A stretch of 64,000 bases of DNA from Thermoproteota archaeon (lineage in GTDB: Archaea; Korarchaeota; Korarchaeia; Korarchaeales; Korarchaeaceae), in the NCBI GenBank assembly GCA_027491915.1, contig JAOZGC010000002.1:576001-640000 (forward strand). Direction: 5' to 3'. The notes beneath the pieces were generated by a model. It was not told where the DNA came from and did no database searches. It saw nothing but the letters and a program-made list of their open reading frames with translations. The translations under genes and the position numbers were made by a program. Shown in pieces: positions 49,001-56,969 of this stretch (position 1 is its first letter; each line of letters begins with the position of its first letter).

Positions 49001-49395
49001 GGGTGCTCGGAGAGCCACACCCCGTGGGGCAGGTTCACCCAGGCGTAGATCCTCATGCCCAGGGACTTGGCCTCCCTCACCATGCCCCGCAGGTACCCCT
49101 CCGGCGGCCAGCCCTCCTCCTCCCTCGGGATGTAGTCCGAGTCGTAGAGGGCGCCGTCGTCGTCCACCGCCGTCACCAGCACCGAGTTGAACCCCATATC
49201 CCTGAGCCTAGAGAGGACTGCCCTGGGGTCGCAGTCCCCGGGCTCCGGGCAGGGCTCGTACACGCCGAGCTCCGGCTCCGATCCTCCCCCCGAACCGGCG
49301 TCCGCCCGGCCGGCGGCCCCGGTGAGGAGGACCGGGACCAGGATCAGCGCGGCCAGGGCGGCCGCCGGCAGTGCGGCCGACACCCGCGCGGGCAC
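46018..49395 (-). CDS. Secreted multi-domain glycoside hydrolase-like protein (two TIM barrels, GH42-trimerisation-like domain, S-layer-type C-terminus)
   Basis: Signal peptide; MGFNSV...IYAWV...GFDGIDLND; GADGVWLD; YDVLVAP; VGGPEVNP...TRYGTRA. Confidence 0.75.
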   Translation of the reverse strand: MPARVSAALPAAALAALILVPVLLTGAAGRADAGSGGGSEPELGVYEPCPEPGDCDPRAVLSRLRDMGFNSVLVTAVDDDGALYDSDYIPREEEGWPPEGYLRGMVREAKSLGMRIYAWVNLPHGVWLSEHPDWIAVYSDGRPADYYSDDYFHSIVSPARVVREGECVRALRGIARELAEMGFDGIDLNDNFQFSDYYDEGEDRTLYTSYDEFTVSAFESDTGVEVPGSGPREWAEAIESDPDLWERWVDWRAEQVTELVRLVAEAGREVNPGLEVRPHLLIWWPLETYGEDYHALADVAGTLYVMVSSHWDWRVHKRAVMAAIRAGAERVVASTYLFGANESDDPGLFVRRRARWLASAGADGLYIFNYELMEEMGLWDEVRSALAEFERAWRLRRYGGYPGWLTGATVVSVYAEPGEEWAGVASRIGEALEEGASVIELDVGIGSARRMYDEREFEETLGFVRNVTSLVHSLGGRVVVYVPALEVDWGPGEPPPAEARGWFQVSLDGRPLVVSGENIDVPWLSPEETVAEMSPFSPHRGFVTDRAARLVSEGGADGVWLDVPHMPTWMTEEMSDLWPDASRWGARDFEERYWEDPPPEANLSDPAFRDWLEWRRWAVADFVSAVADSVWEAGGVLVVESSACDHEITELGYDPALFGGDPRVLQVAEVSPPGESGLGFGDLENWSHFLAMLKYSEAASRGKPLWFLNYGTSEGEAARQLGLILATSGSFFETNNDGLMTGTVGAGFRERAFRLVSALDAVGEDEADVGVLFSSRSLDLTGEAWGPYDPGESRHLRAFRDVVRELASSGVQFDVVPLDYASPGDLAEYDVLVAPDVEVLDREARFALSEFGGTLLVVGSLGVLDEGGWETDPLEAGERVSAGDLAGILAGSAGEISAPGGTLVEGGSAGACRFYSVVDVGAAGGTVSIPPGSWVLDFDSQSLRPSPGEEEVPRTFYLVITSPGPAPGGTAGGAYFWAPSLVDLEMNPEISGEGGTEPGLAGTVVAVGGPEVNPAAWEGADVEFVRAGAGGTYSGLRFGNETLWARFGREDYAAVWVQGCGNLTLARVAGVTRYGTRAGLLWALGRLSGGGGLPPGLTLLGWEDSDGDGSVDPGEVEVVLARPPP

Positions 49396-49437
49396 GGCGG
49401 CCCGGCCCGGCCCTACCTTTTAACCCCCCGGCGCGAG

Positions 49438-49451
49438 TTAGGTCAACCTAA
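49438..49451. promoter_or_regulatory. Palindromic operator TTAGGT-CA-ACCTAA (DtxR-family-like)
   Basis: Perfect 6-bp inverted repeat directly before AAAGAATATAA in the divergent intergenic region. Confidence 0.5.
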
Positions 49452-49487
49452 AAGAATATAACGGGGTGATCCGCCCGGCCGGTCGGG

Positions 49488-49871
49488 GTGGTCGCGGCGC
49501 CGCTCTCCGAGGCGGAGAGGGAGGAGTTGAGGAGGAGGGTGGTGGGGGCCCTCAGGGAGACCTACGACCCGGAGATCCCGGTCAACGTGTACGACCTGGG
49601 CCTGGTCTACGGGCTGGAGGTGGATCTCGAGGGGAACGTCCGGGTCGACATGACCCTGACCTCCCCCACCTGCCCGGTGGCCGAGACCGTGGCGGCGGCC
49701 GCCAGGGCGGCCATCATGGAGGCGGTGGGCCCTGGGAGGAGGGTGGAGGTCAACCTGGTCTGGGACCCGCCGTGGACCCCCGAGAGGGTCACCCCGGAGG
49801 GGAGGGATAGGCTCCGGGAGATATACGGGTACGACTTCGTCGGGGAGTGGCTCAGGAGGGTCAGGAGATAG
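49488..49871 (+). CDS. DUF59/MIP18 (SufT-like) Fe-S assembly factor
   Basis: YDPEIPVNVYDLGLVY, MTLTSPTCP, WDPPWTP. Confidence 0.93.
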   Translation: MVAAPLSEAEREELRRRVVGALRETYDPEIPVNVYDLGLVYGLEVDLEGNVRVDMTLTSPTCPVAETVAAAARAAIMEAVGPGRRVEVNLVWDPPWTPERVTPEGRDRLREIYGYDFVGEWLRRVRR

Positions 49872-49903
49872 TAGGTAGTGAGGTTGAGGAGGGGGGAACC
49901 GAC

Positions 49904-50320
49904 TTGGGTGTGTCGAAGCGGGATCGGGACGTCGTCGCCCGCTTGATCTGGAGGCTCGGGTGCGCCAGCCCGTTCAGGATATCCAGGATCCTCCTGCTGG
50001 CCGAGTGGGCCGCGGAGGAGAGGACCGGCCGTCGCCTGACGGGGCTGACCTACGCCGGGGCCAGCTTCGGCTTCTACGTGGAGGAGCTCCCGTCCATCGC
50101 GGAGTCGCTGGAGGCCGAGGGGTGCCTGAAGAGGGACGAGGAGCGCAGGTGTCTCAGGTACTCCTGCGATCCGCCGGAGCTCCCGCCCGACGTCGCGGAC
50201 CTGCTGGAGGAGGTCTCGAGGGGGGCGGAGCGGCTGGACGACCTGAGCCTGAACAGGGCCGTGATAGGGGACCCGAGGTACCCCAGGTGGGTCGCGGGCG
50301 CGGGGGGAGGCGGGCGTTGA
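49904..50320 (+). CDS. Hypothetical protein, SocA/Panacea (DUF4065)-like
   Basis: RISRILLLAEW...TGRRLTGLTY...FGFYVEEL resembles the Panacea N-terminal pattern. Confidence 0.5.
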   Translation: MGVSKRDRDVVARLIWRLGCASPFRISRILLLAEWAAEERTGRRLTGLTYAGASFGFYVEELPSIAESLEAEGCLKRDEERRCLRYSCDPPELPPDVADLLEEVSRGAERLDDLSLNRAVIGDPRYPRWVAGAGGGGR

Positions 50321-51189
50321 TAGTCTCGGTCTCCGGCGGGAAGGGCGGGACCGGGAAGTCCACGGTGGCCGTGAACCTGGCGGCCCTCCTGTCCAGGGGG
50401 AGGAGGCTGGTGCTGGCCGACCTGGACGTCGAGGACCCCAACGATCACATCCTCCTGGGCGTGGGCCTGGAGAGGGAGGAGCCCGTGAACGTCATGCTGC
50501 CCTTCGTCGACTACCGGAGGTGCACCAAGTGCGGGGTCTGCGGGAAGGTCTGCGACACCGGGGCCATGCTGATCTCCCCGCAGGGCGTCCCCTTCCTGAT
50601 ACCCAGGCTGTGCAGCGGGTGCAGGGCCTGCTACTTCGCCTGCCCCGAGGGGGCGATAGTCGAGGGTGGGCGGACCATAGCCTACACCTACCTGACGGAC
50701 GTCTCCCTGGACGGCGCCGAGTTCGAGCTGGTGACCGGCTCCCTCAGGGAGGGGGAGGAGCACACCCCTCCCGCGGTCCTGGCGGCCAAGGAGAGGGCCC
50801 TCTCGCTGGACGCCGACGTCCACCTGATCGACACCTCCGCCGGGACCGGGAACTCCGTGGCGACCGCCGTGGACGGGTCGGACCTCCTGATAGCCGTGAC
50901 CGAGCCCACCCCCCTGGGCCTCCACGACCTGGGGCTGATCCTCAGGGTGGCCGAGGAGCTGGGGATCGAGAGCTGGGTGGTCATCAACAGGGCCGGCCTG
51001 GGCCCCGAGGACGGGCACGTCAGGCTGGCCGAGGAGCGCGGGGCCAGGGTGGCCGCCAGGATCCCCTACTCCAGGGAGGTGGTGGAGTCCTACGTCGGGG
51101 GGTCCCCGATAGTGCTCAGCAGGCCCGGGTCGGAGGCGGCCAGGGCCCTGGCCGGGCTGGCCGCCATGGTCGAGGAGGTGATGGGATGA
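50317..51189 (+). CDS. MinD-superfamily ATPase with inserted ferredoxin (COG1149-like)
   Basis: SGGKGGTGKST, two CxxCxxCxxxC clusters, VTEPTPLGLHD. Confidence 0.9.
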   Translation: MIVSVSGGKGGTGKSTVAVNLAALLSRGRRLVLADLDVEDPNDHILLGVGLEREEPVNVMLPFVDYRRCTKCGVCGKVCDTGAMLISPQGVPFLIPRLCSGCRACYFACPEGAIVEGGRTIAYTYLTDVSLDGAEFELVTGSLREGEEHTPPAVLAAKERALSLDADVHLIDTSAGTGNSVATAVDGSDLLIAVTEPTPLGLHDLGLILRVAEELGIESWVVINRAGLGPEDGHVRLAEERGARVAARIPYSREVVESYVGGSPIVLSRPGSEAARALAGLAAMVEEVMG

Positions 51190-52157
51190 TGATAGAGGTG
51201 GCAGTGGCCAGCGGGAAGGGGGGGGTCGGCAAGTCGACCTTCGCGGCCGCCCTGGCGGTGACCCTGGCCCGCAGGGGGAGGAGGATCGTGGCCGTGGACG
51301 CCGACGCGGACGCGCCCAACCTGCACCTCGTCCTCGGGACCGGGGAGAGGTGGGACTGGGAGGAGCCCTACTCCGACGCCATGGTGGCGGAGATAGTCCC
51401 GGAGAGGTGCACCGGCTGCGGCGTCTGCCGCGAGGTCTGCCCCTACGGGGCGGTCTACGTGGAGGACGGGAGTTACCGCATAAACCGGGTGATATGCGAG
51501 GGCTGCCTCACGTGCACGCTGGCCTGCCCGGAGAAGGGGGCCATAAGGAGGAGGAGGGTGGAGTCGGGCAGGATAATGGGGGTCTCCACGCCCTACGGTT
51601 TCCCCCTGGTGTCGGCCAGCCTCAACCCCGGGAGGCCGAACTCCGGCAAGCTGGTCACCGAGGAGAAGGCCAGGGCCCGGAGGATGGGGCCCGAGATCGT
51701 GGTGGTCGACTCGGCCGCCGGGATAGGGTGCCAGGTGGTGTCCAGCCTGGCCGGGGCCGACGCCGCCTTCCTGGTGGTGGAGCCGACGCCCGCCAGCTTC
51801 GGCGCGCTGAGGAGGGTGCTCAAGCTCACCAGGCACTTCTCCCAGCCGGCCGGCGTCCTGATAAACAAGGTCGACATGAACCCCGGCTTCGCCGACGAGA
51901 TAAGGGAGTTCGCCCGGGGGGAGAACCTGGACCTGGTGGGCGAGGTCCCCTACGACGACGCCGTCCCCAGGAGCATGGCCCTGATGAGGCCCGTCTTCGA
52001 GGTCTTCCCGGACAGCCCCGCCTCCAAGGCCCTGATCGAGGCGGCCGAGAGGGTCGCCGACATCCTGGAGGACTGGGAGGGGTGGTACGCGCGGTTCAGG
52101 CCCAGGAGGCCGGAGCACTACGTCCCCATCATCATAAAGCCCGAGGGGTTCGGGTGA
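51186..52157 (+). CDS. Second MinD-superfamily ATPase with inserted ferredoxin
   Basis: SGKGGVGKST, CTGCGVCREVC, CEGCLTCTLAC, NSGKLV. Confidence 0.9.
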   Translation: MMIEVAVASGKGGVGKSTFAAALAVTLARRGRRIVAVDADADAPNLHLVLGTGERWDWEEPYSDAMVAEIVPERCTGCGVCREVCPYGAVYVEDGSYRINRVICEGCLTCTLACPEKGAIRRRRVESGRIMGVSTPYGFPLVSASLNPGRPNSGKLVTEEKARARRMGPEIVVVDSAAGIGCQVVSSLAGADAAFLVVEPTPASFGALRRVLKLTRHFSQPAGVLINKVDMNPGFADEIREFARGENLDLVGEVPYDDAVPRSMALMRPVFEVFPDSPASKALIEAAERVADILEDWEGWYARFRPRRPEHYVPIIIKPEGFG

Positions 52158-52203
52158 GGCGCAGGTTTTTAACGGCGTTAACTCCGGGCGGGGCGGCGGG
52201 ACC

Positions 52204-52521
52204 ATGAGGGCGGCCTTCATGGTGGAGGAGGACAGGGGGCTCGACTCCGTCGTCAGCTCCAGGTTCGGCAGGGCCCCCCTAATCGTGATAGTGGACCTGG
52301 AGGGGTCCGAGGTCAGGGGGATCAGGACCGTGGAGAACCCAGGGGCCAGGGCCGGCTCCGGGGCGGCCATAAGGGCGGTCCAGAAGTTGGTGGACGAGGG
52401 GGTCCAAGCGGTGGCGGCCGGCGCCTTCGGGCCCAACGCCATGACCGCCCTGGAGGAGGTCGGCATAAGGAGGATCCAGGTCTCCGGCGTGCCCGTGTCG
52501 GAGGCCCTGAGGTCCCTGTGA
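52204..52521 (+). CDS. NifB/NifX-family metal-cluster binding protein
   Basis: SSRFGRAP, ENP...GSGA, GAFGPNA. Confidence 0.88.
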   Translation: MRAAFMVEEDRGLDSVVSSRFGRAPLIVIVDLEGSEVRGIRTVENPGARAGSGAAIRAVQKLVDEGVQAVAAGAFGPNAMTALEEVGIRRIQVSGVPVSEALRSL

Positions 52522-52641
52522 CCGGCCGCGCCCCCGCCCGCCGAGCACCGACCTCACCCCGTCGACGGCCGGGCCCTTGGGTGGGAGGCCTCGGCCCAGA
52601 GCATCCGACTGGGGGAAGGTCCCCCTAAGAGAGGTCTAACC

Positions 52642-54027
52642 TCACCTCCCCGGCCCGCCCCCGGCGGGGGGGCCATGCTCGAAAACCCCGATCTGCCCCG
52701 CCAGCCAGCGGCCCTCCCCGCCGAGGACCTCCTCCCCGTCGTACACCACGGTCCCGCGGAGGACGGTGGCCCTCACCCTCCCCCTGAGCCTCCTCCCCAG
52801 GAAGGGTCCCTCCGAGTTCCTCGCCAGGAGCCAGTCCGGGTCGACGGCCGTCTCCCCCCTGGGATCCACCAGCACCAGGTCCCCGTCCGACCCGGGCGCC
52901 AGGGCCCCCTTCCTGGGGTAGAGGCCGAAGACCCGGGCCGGGTTCTCCGCCAGCAGCTCCACTACCCTGATCAACCCCAGGGAGCCCCTTAGGGCCGCGT
53001 CCACCGCCAGGGGGAGCAGGGTCTGGACCCCGGCGAAGCCGGCGGCGGCCTCCCAGACGTCGCCCTCCCTCTCCTCGGGGGCGTGGGGGGCGTGGTCAGA
53101 CCCCAGGGTGTCCACGGTCCCGTCGGCGATCCCCCTCCAGAGGGCGGCCCGGTGTCTCCCTCCCCTGATCGGCGGGTTCACCTTCATCAGGTTCCCCAGC
53201 CTCCCGTAGTCCTTCAGGTCCAGGAGGAGGTAGTGGGGGCAGGTCTCGGCCGTCATCTTCGCCCCCCGGGACCTCGCCCACCTGACGGCCTCCAGGCCCT
53301 CCTCCGAGCTCAGGTGGGCCACGTGGACCCTCCCCCCCGTGGCGGCCGCCAGCAGCCCGACCCTGCGGACCGCCTCCTCCTCGCACAGGGGGGGCCTGGA
53401 GTCCGGGTAGTCTGAGGGATCTCGCCTCCCGGCGGACCTGATCCTCCCGGTGAACAGCTCAACCAACTCCCCGTTCTCCGCGTGGAAGACCACGGGGAAG
53501 CCAGACCGGGCCGACTCCTCCAGGATCCGGTAGAGGTCGGCGTCCCCCGGGGCCGGCAGGCCCCCGGTCGTGGGACCCAGGAAGACCTTGAACCCCAGGA
53601 CCCCGGCCCCCAGCATCTCCCCGATCCGGCCGACGTTCCCCCCGTGGAGCACCCCCAGGAGTCCGAAGTCGACGGAGGCCCTGCCGGAGAGCAGGGAGGC
53701 CTTCTCCCGGACGGCCTCCCCGGAGTCGACCGGCGGCACGGTGTTTGGCATCTCCACCACCGTGGTGACCCCGCCCGCCGCGGCCGCCGCGGTCCCCGTT
53801 GAGAAGTCCCCCTCCCTCTCCAGCCCCGGCTCCCTCATGTGGACGTGGCCGTCGACGGCCCCCGGCATCACCAGGAGGCCGGCGGCGTCCAGCCTCTCCG
53901 CGGGGAGGTCCGACAGCCCCCTCCCGACGGCCGCCACCGACCCCTCCTCTATCAGCACGTCGGCCTCCAGGACGCCCCACGGCAGGACCACCCTGCCGCC
54001 CCTGACGACCAGGCTCCCCCCCGGCAT
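52642..54027 (-). CDS. Cyclic amidohydrolase (allantoinase/dihydroorotase family)
   Basis: DGHVHMREPG, EMPNT, FHAE, AHLS, ETCPHYL, KVNPPIR, SDHAPH. Confidence 0.9.
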   Translation of the reverse strand: MPGGSLVVRGGRVVLPWGVLEADVLIEEGSVAAVGRGLSDLPAERLDAAGLLVMPGAVDGHVHMREPGLEREGDFSTGTAAAAAGGVTTVVEMPNTVPPVDSGEAVREKASLLSGRASVDFGLLGVLHGGNVGRIGEMLGAGVLGFKVFLGPTTGGLPAPGDADLYRILEESARSGFPVVFHAENGELVELFTGRIRSAGRRDPSDYPDSRPPLCEEEAVRRVGLLAAATGGRVHVAHLSSEEGLEAVRWARSRGAKMTAETCPHYLLLDLKDYGRLGNLMKVNPPIRGGRHRAALWRGIADGTVDTLGSDHAPHAPEEREGDVWEAAAGFAGVQTLLPLAVDAALRGSLGLIRVVELLAENPARVFGLYPRKGALAPGSDGDLVLVDPRGETAVDPDWLLARNSEGPFLGRRLRGRVRATVLRGTVVYDGEEVLGGEGRWLAGQIGVFEHGPPAGGGPGR

Positions 54028-54079
54028 GATCCCGGCCGCGGCCGGTCGGGACCGACCCCATTAAAAGGCCCCCCGGGGG

Positions 54080-54379
54080 GTGGCCGCGGTGGGAGCCCTG
54101 ACCCTCCTCCTGAGGAGGACCGGGTGGACGAGGGAGGCCCTCTCCTTCGCCTCCAAGCTCAGCGAGGTCCTGGGGGACGACCTGGTCGCCGTCTACGTGG
54201 CCCCCTCCCCGGACTCCGCGGTGGACGGGGTCAACGCCCTGGTGGTGGTCAGGGACCCCGGGAGGGTCGAGCGGAGGGTGGTGGAGGTGGCCTCCGAGTT
54301 CGGCGTCTCGCCGGCGGTGGCGGCCGAGGGCGACCCGGAGGCGAGGTCCCTTGGGGAGGCCTTCAGGCGCGTCTTCTGA
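54080..54379 (+). CDS. Degenerate MNT-like protein (similar to 5281..5577)
   Basis: LGDDLVAVYV...GVNALVVV layout; overlaps the HEPN gene. Confidence 0.55.
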   Translation: MAAVGALTLLLRRTGWTREALSFASKLSEVLGDDLVAVYVAPSPDSAVDGVNALVVVRDPGRVERRVVEVASEFGVSPAVAAEGDPEARSLGEAFRRVF

Positions 54380-54731
54380 GTACGCCGAGAAGGCCGTCAG
54401 GATGCTAGAGGCGGCCAGGTTCGATCTGGAGAGTGAGATGTTCGACAAGGCCGTCAGCGCCGCCTACTTCGCCGTCGAGGCGGCCCTGAACTCCCTGTCC
54501 GTCTCGAGGCAGGGGACCGTCCCTTCCGGGTTCAGGAGCAGGCTGAGGCTCGTGGAGAGGTGGTTCGGAGAGGAGTTCAGGAGGGAGTACGCCCTGCTCC
54601 ACCACGCCAGGGTCAAGGCGGATCACGGGAGGAGCCTGACCTCCAGGGAGGCGGCCGAGGACGCCCTGAGGGTCGCGGAGGGGCTGGTGTCCTCCCTGCT
54701 GCGGGCCCCCGGGGGCCCGGGGTCCGGCTGA
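54351..54731 (+). CDS. HEPN domain protein (paralogue of 5558..5935)
   Basis: FDKAVSAAYFAVE, RVKADH. Confidence 0.8.
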   Translation: MGRPSGASSEYAEKAVRMLEAARFDLESEMFDKAVSAAYFAVEAALNSLSVSRQGTVPSGFRSRLRLVERWFGEEFRREYALLHHARVKADHGRSLTSREAAEDALRVAEGLVSSLLRAPGGPGSG

Positions 54732-54806
54732 ACGGATCGTAAAATATTTTTTCTCTATATGTGCTCACCTTTTTATCCTGCCGCCTTCTCCTAGCCGAAG
54801 ATCTGA

Positions 54807-56900
54807 ATGAATGTCTCAATCAGGCAGGTCGCAGTAGTCTCCGCCCTGGCGGTCCTCTCCCTGCCGGGACCGGCGGCCGCGCTCTCGGATGGCGGGACTG
54901 GGGAGTGGGCAGTGGAGGCCTCCACCCCTCCCCTGGTCCGGATAGACATGGACGGGGGATCCTGGTGCGCCCTGACCGCCGACGGGAGGATCCTTTGGGG
55001 GGACGCCTCGGGGTTCTCCGAGGTGGACGGGTCGGGCCTCCCGGCGGGGGCCGAGGTGAGGGACGTGGCCTGCTCCGGCGGGGCCATATTCGCCGCCGGG
55101 AGGTACCCCCTCCCCGGGGGAGGTTGGGCCCCCCTCCTGGCGGCCAGGTCGGGGGGGTCGTGGCAGATAGTCCTGGGCCACGACAACCTGCTCGACGTGG
55201 TCGGCTCGTGCTGGGGCTCCCTCGGGAGCGGCGTCCTGGAGTCGGTCGACGACGGACCCAGCGGTCAGTTCTACGCCGTGGGGTGGGTGGAGGACTGCGG
55301 GAACGGGCAGCCCTGCCCCCTCCTGGTGCTGGCCAGGCCGACCGGCAGCTGGACCCCCTGCGGAAACCTGCAGGGGTGTCAGGCGGGGGTCCTCCCCAGG
55401 GACGTGGACTGCGACCAGAGCGGGTTCTGCCTAGTCCTGGCCGAGAAGTCCGCGTCCGGTCCGATGCATGGCCTGGGGGTCTACGCCCTACTGACCGGGA
55501 CGCAGGGCGGCAGGACTTACCTGATCATCGCCCCCTCCGGGGCCTCCGGGGCCCACGCCGCGGTGGACGCCGTGGCCGGCCGGGTCGGGATAGGCCTGAT
55601 CCGGAGGGGGGGATCCACGCTCGCGAAGACCGAGAACGGGGGGACCGTGTGGACGATTAGGTCCCTCCCGGGCGGTAGGGTCGACTGGTCGGCCGTGGCC
55701 TGCCCCGCCGCGGACTCCTGCTGGGCGGCGGGCTCCGGGGGGACCTCGGCCATGTACCTGATCACCATGCCGTCGGGCTCCGTCCACGTCTCCCCCGTCG
55801 ACACTCCGATCTCGCGCTCGACCGCCCAGGTGACAGACATAGACTGCGCCGGCGCAGAGTGCGTGGCGTCGGCCCGCGGGACCGCGCCGGGGAACTCGTC
55901 CTCGGGGTGGGTCCTCCGCTTCACCCCGTCCTCCGGCGGTGGAGGGGGCGGCGGTGGAGGTGGAGGTGGAGGGGGCGGGATCCCGCGGATCGTCCCCGGA
56001 ATGGGTCCGTCCCTGCCGCCGGGGCTGTCCCTTCCGACCTTCATAGATCCGGCCATACTGGGGGTCATGAGCAACCTGACCTCGGTCCCCTCCAAGATGG
56101 ACCTCTCGCCCGACTCCCCGGAGGTCCAGGTGGGCGAGGCGGTCACCGTCTACGGCAGGATAGAGGTTCAGGACAACAGGCCGGTCTCCGGAGAGGTCAA
56201 CCTCACGATAATCGGCCCGACCGGTACCTGGACCGGCCAGGCCCCCATAGGGGAGAACAACTCCTTCGGGGTCAGGTTCTCCCCCACCGCGGCCGGGATC
56301 TGGACCGTGACCGCTTCTTGGGGGGGAACCGAGGACGGGTCGGTCGACGGGTGCTCCGCCAGCGTGAACGTCACGGCCACGGAGCCAGAGGAGGTAGAGC
56401 CAATCATGGGATCCTTCGGCCTCCTGGGCAACCTCACCCCGGTGGCCCCGGCCGACCCGGACTCCGAATCGGCCGCCGACGTGCTGGGGGAGGAGCCCGC
56501 CGGGGCGCCGCCGGCCGAGGGGCACATCCTGGTGGTGGGGGGTCCGGAGGCCAACCCCCTGGCCGCCCAGCTGAACGGGCTCCTCGGGATATCCCTGGAG
56601 TTCACCAACGAGCAGAAGACGGCCGGCAGGATAGAGGTGTCCGGGGAGGTCTTCGAGTTTGACGACCTGCAGTTCGGCAGGGCCGACTACGGCGTGGTGG
56701 CGGTCGCCGAGTACGAGGGGAGGCTCGTCTTCTTCGCCGAGGGGTTCACCAGGTACGGGACCAGGGCGGCCCTGATGTACCTCGCGTCGTCGTGGATGTG
56801 GCACCCCAACTCGTCCTACGTGATAATCAAGTGGTCCGACGCGGACGGGAACGGCCGGATATCTCAGGGGGACGTCTTCAGGGTCCTGGCCTCGGGGTGA
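54807..56900 (+). CDS. Secreted protein: Cys-rich beta-propeller-like domain, poly-Gly linker, Ig-like domain, S-layer-type C-terminus
   Basis: Signal peptide; VAC..CWAAG and DIDC..CVA blades; about 15 Gly; VGGPEANP...TRYGTRAA...WSDADGNG. Confidence 0.8.
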   Translation: MNVSIRQVAVVSALAVLSLPGPAAALSDGGTGEWAVEASTPPLVRIDMDGGSWCALTADGRILWGDASGFSEVDGSGLPAGAEVRDVACSGGAIFAAGRYPLPGGGWAPLLAARSGGSWQIVLGHDNLLDVVGSCWGSLGSGVLESVDDGPSGQFYAVGWVEDCGNGQPCPLLVLARPTGSWTPCGNLQGCQAGVLPRDVDCDQSGFCLVLAEKSASGPMHGLGVYALLTGTQGGRTYLIIAPSGASGAHAAVDAVAGRVGIGLIRRGGSTLAKTENGGTVWTIRSLPGGRVDWSAVACPAADSCWAAGSGGTSAMYLITMPSGSVHVSPVDTPISRSTAQVTDIDCAGAECVASARGTAPGNSSSGWVLRFTPSSGGGGGGGGGGGGGGGIPRIVPGMGPSLPPGLSLPTFIDPAILGVMSNLTSVPSKMDLSPDSPEVQVGEAVTVYGRIEVQDNRPVSGEVNLTIIGPTGTWTGQAPIGENNSFGVRFSPTAAGIWTVTASWGGTEDGSVDGCSASVNVTATEPEEVEPIMGSFGLLGNLTPVAPADPDSESAADVLGEEPAGAPPAEGHILVVGGPEANPLAAQLNGLLGISLEFTNEQKTAGRIEVSGEVFEFDDLQFGRADYGVVAVAEYEGRLVFFAEGFTRYGTRAALMYLASSWMWHPNSSYVIIKWSDADGNGRISQGDVFRVLASG

Positions 56901-56969
56901 CGGGCGACGCGGCCGGCCGCCCGCCCACCCACCCCCCTCATTTTTCTCCTCGCGGCCCCCCGTCCACCA

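Noticed and set aside
52204-52521. NifX-like gene as evidence of nitrogen fixation
   Set aside because: Family is widespread in non-diazotrophs; no nifHDK in the window
52522-52641. Small hairpins (GGGGGAAGGTCCCCC) between convergent genes
   Set aside because: Too short to distinguish from chance in GC-rich DNA
55935-55980. GGN repeat tract
   Set aside because: Encodes a poly-Gly linker with mixed codons; not a contingency repeat
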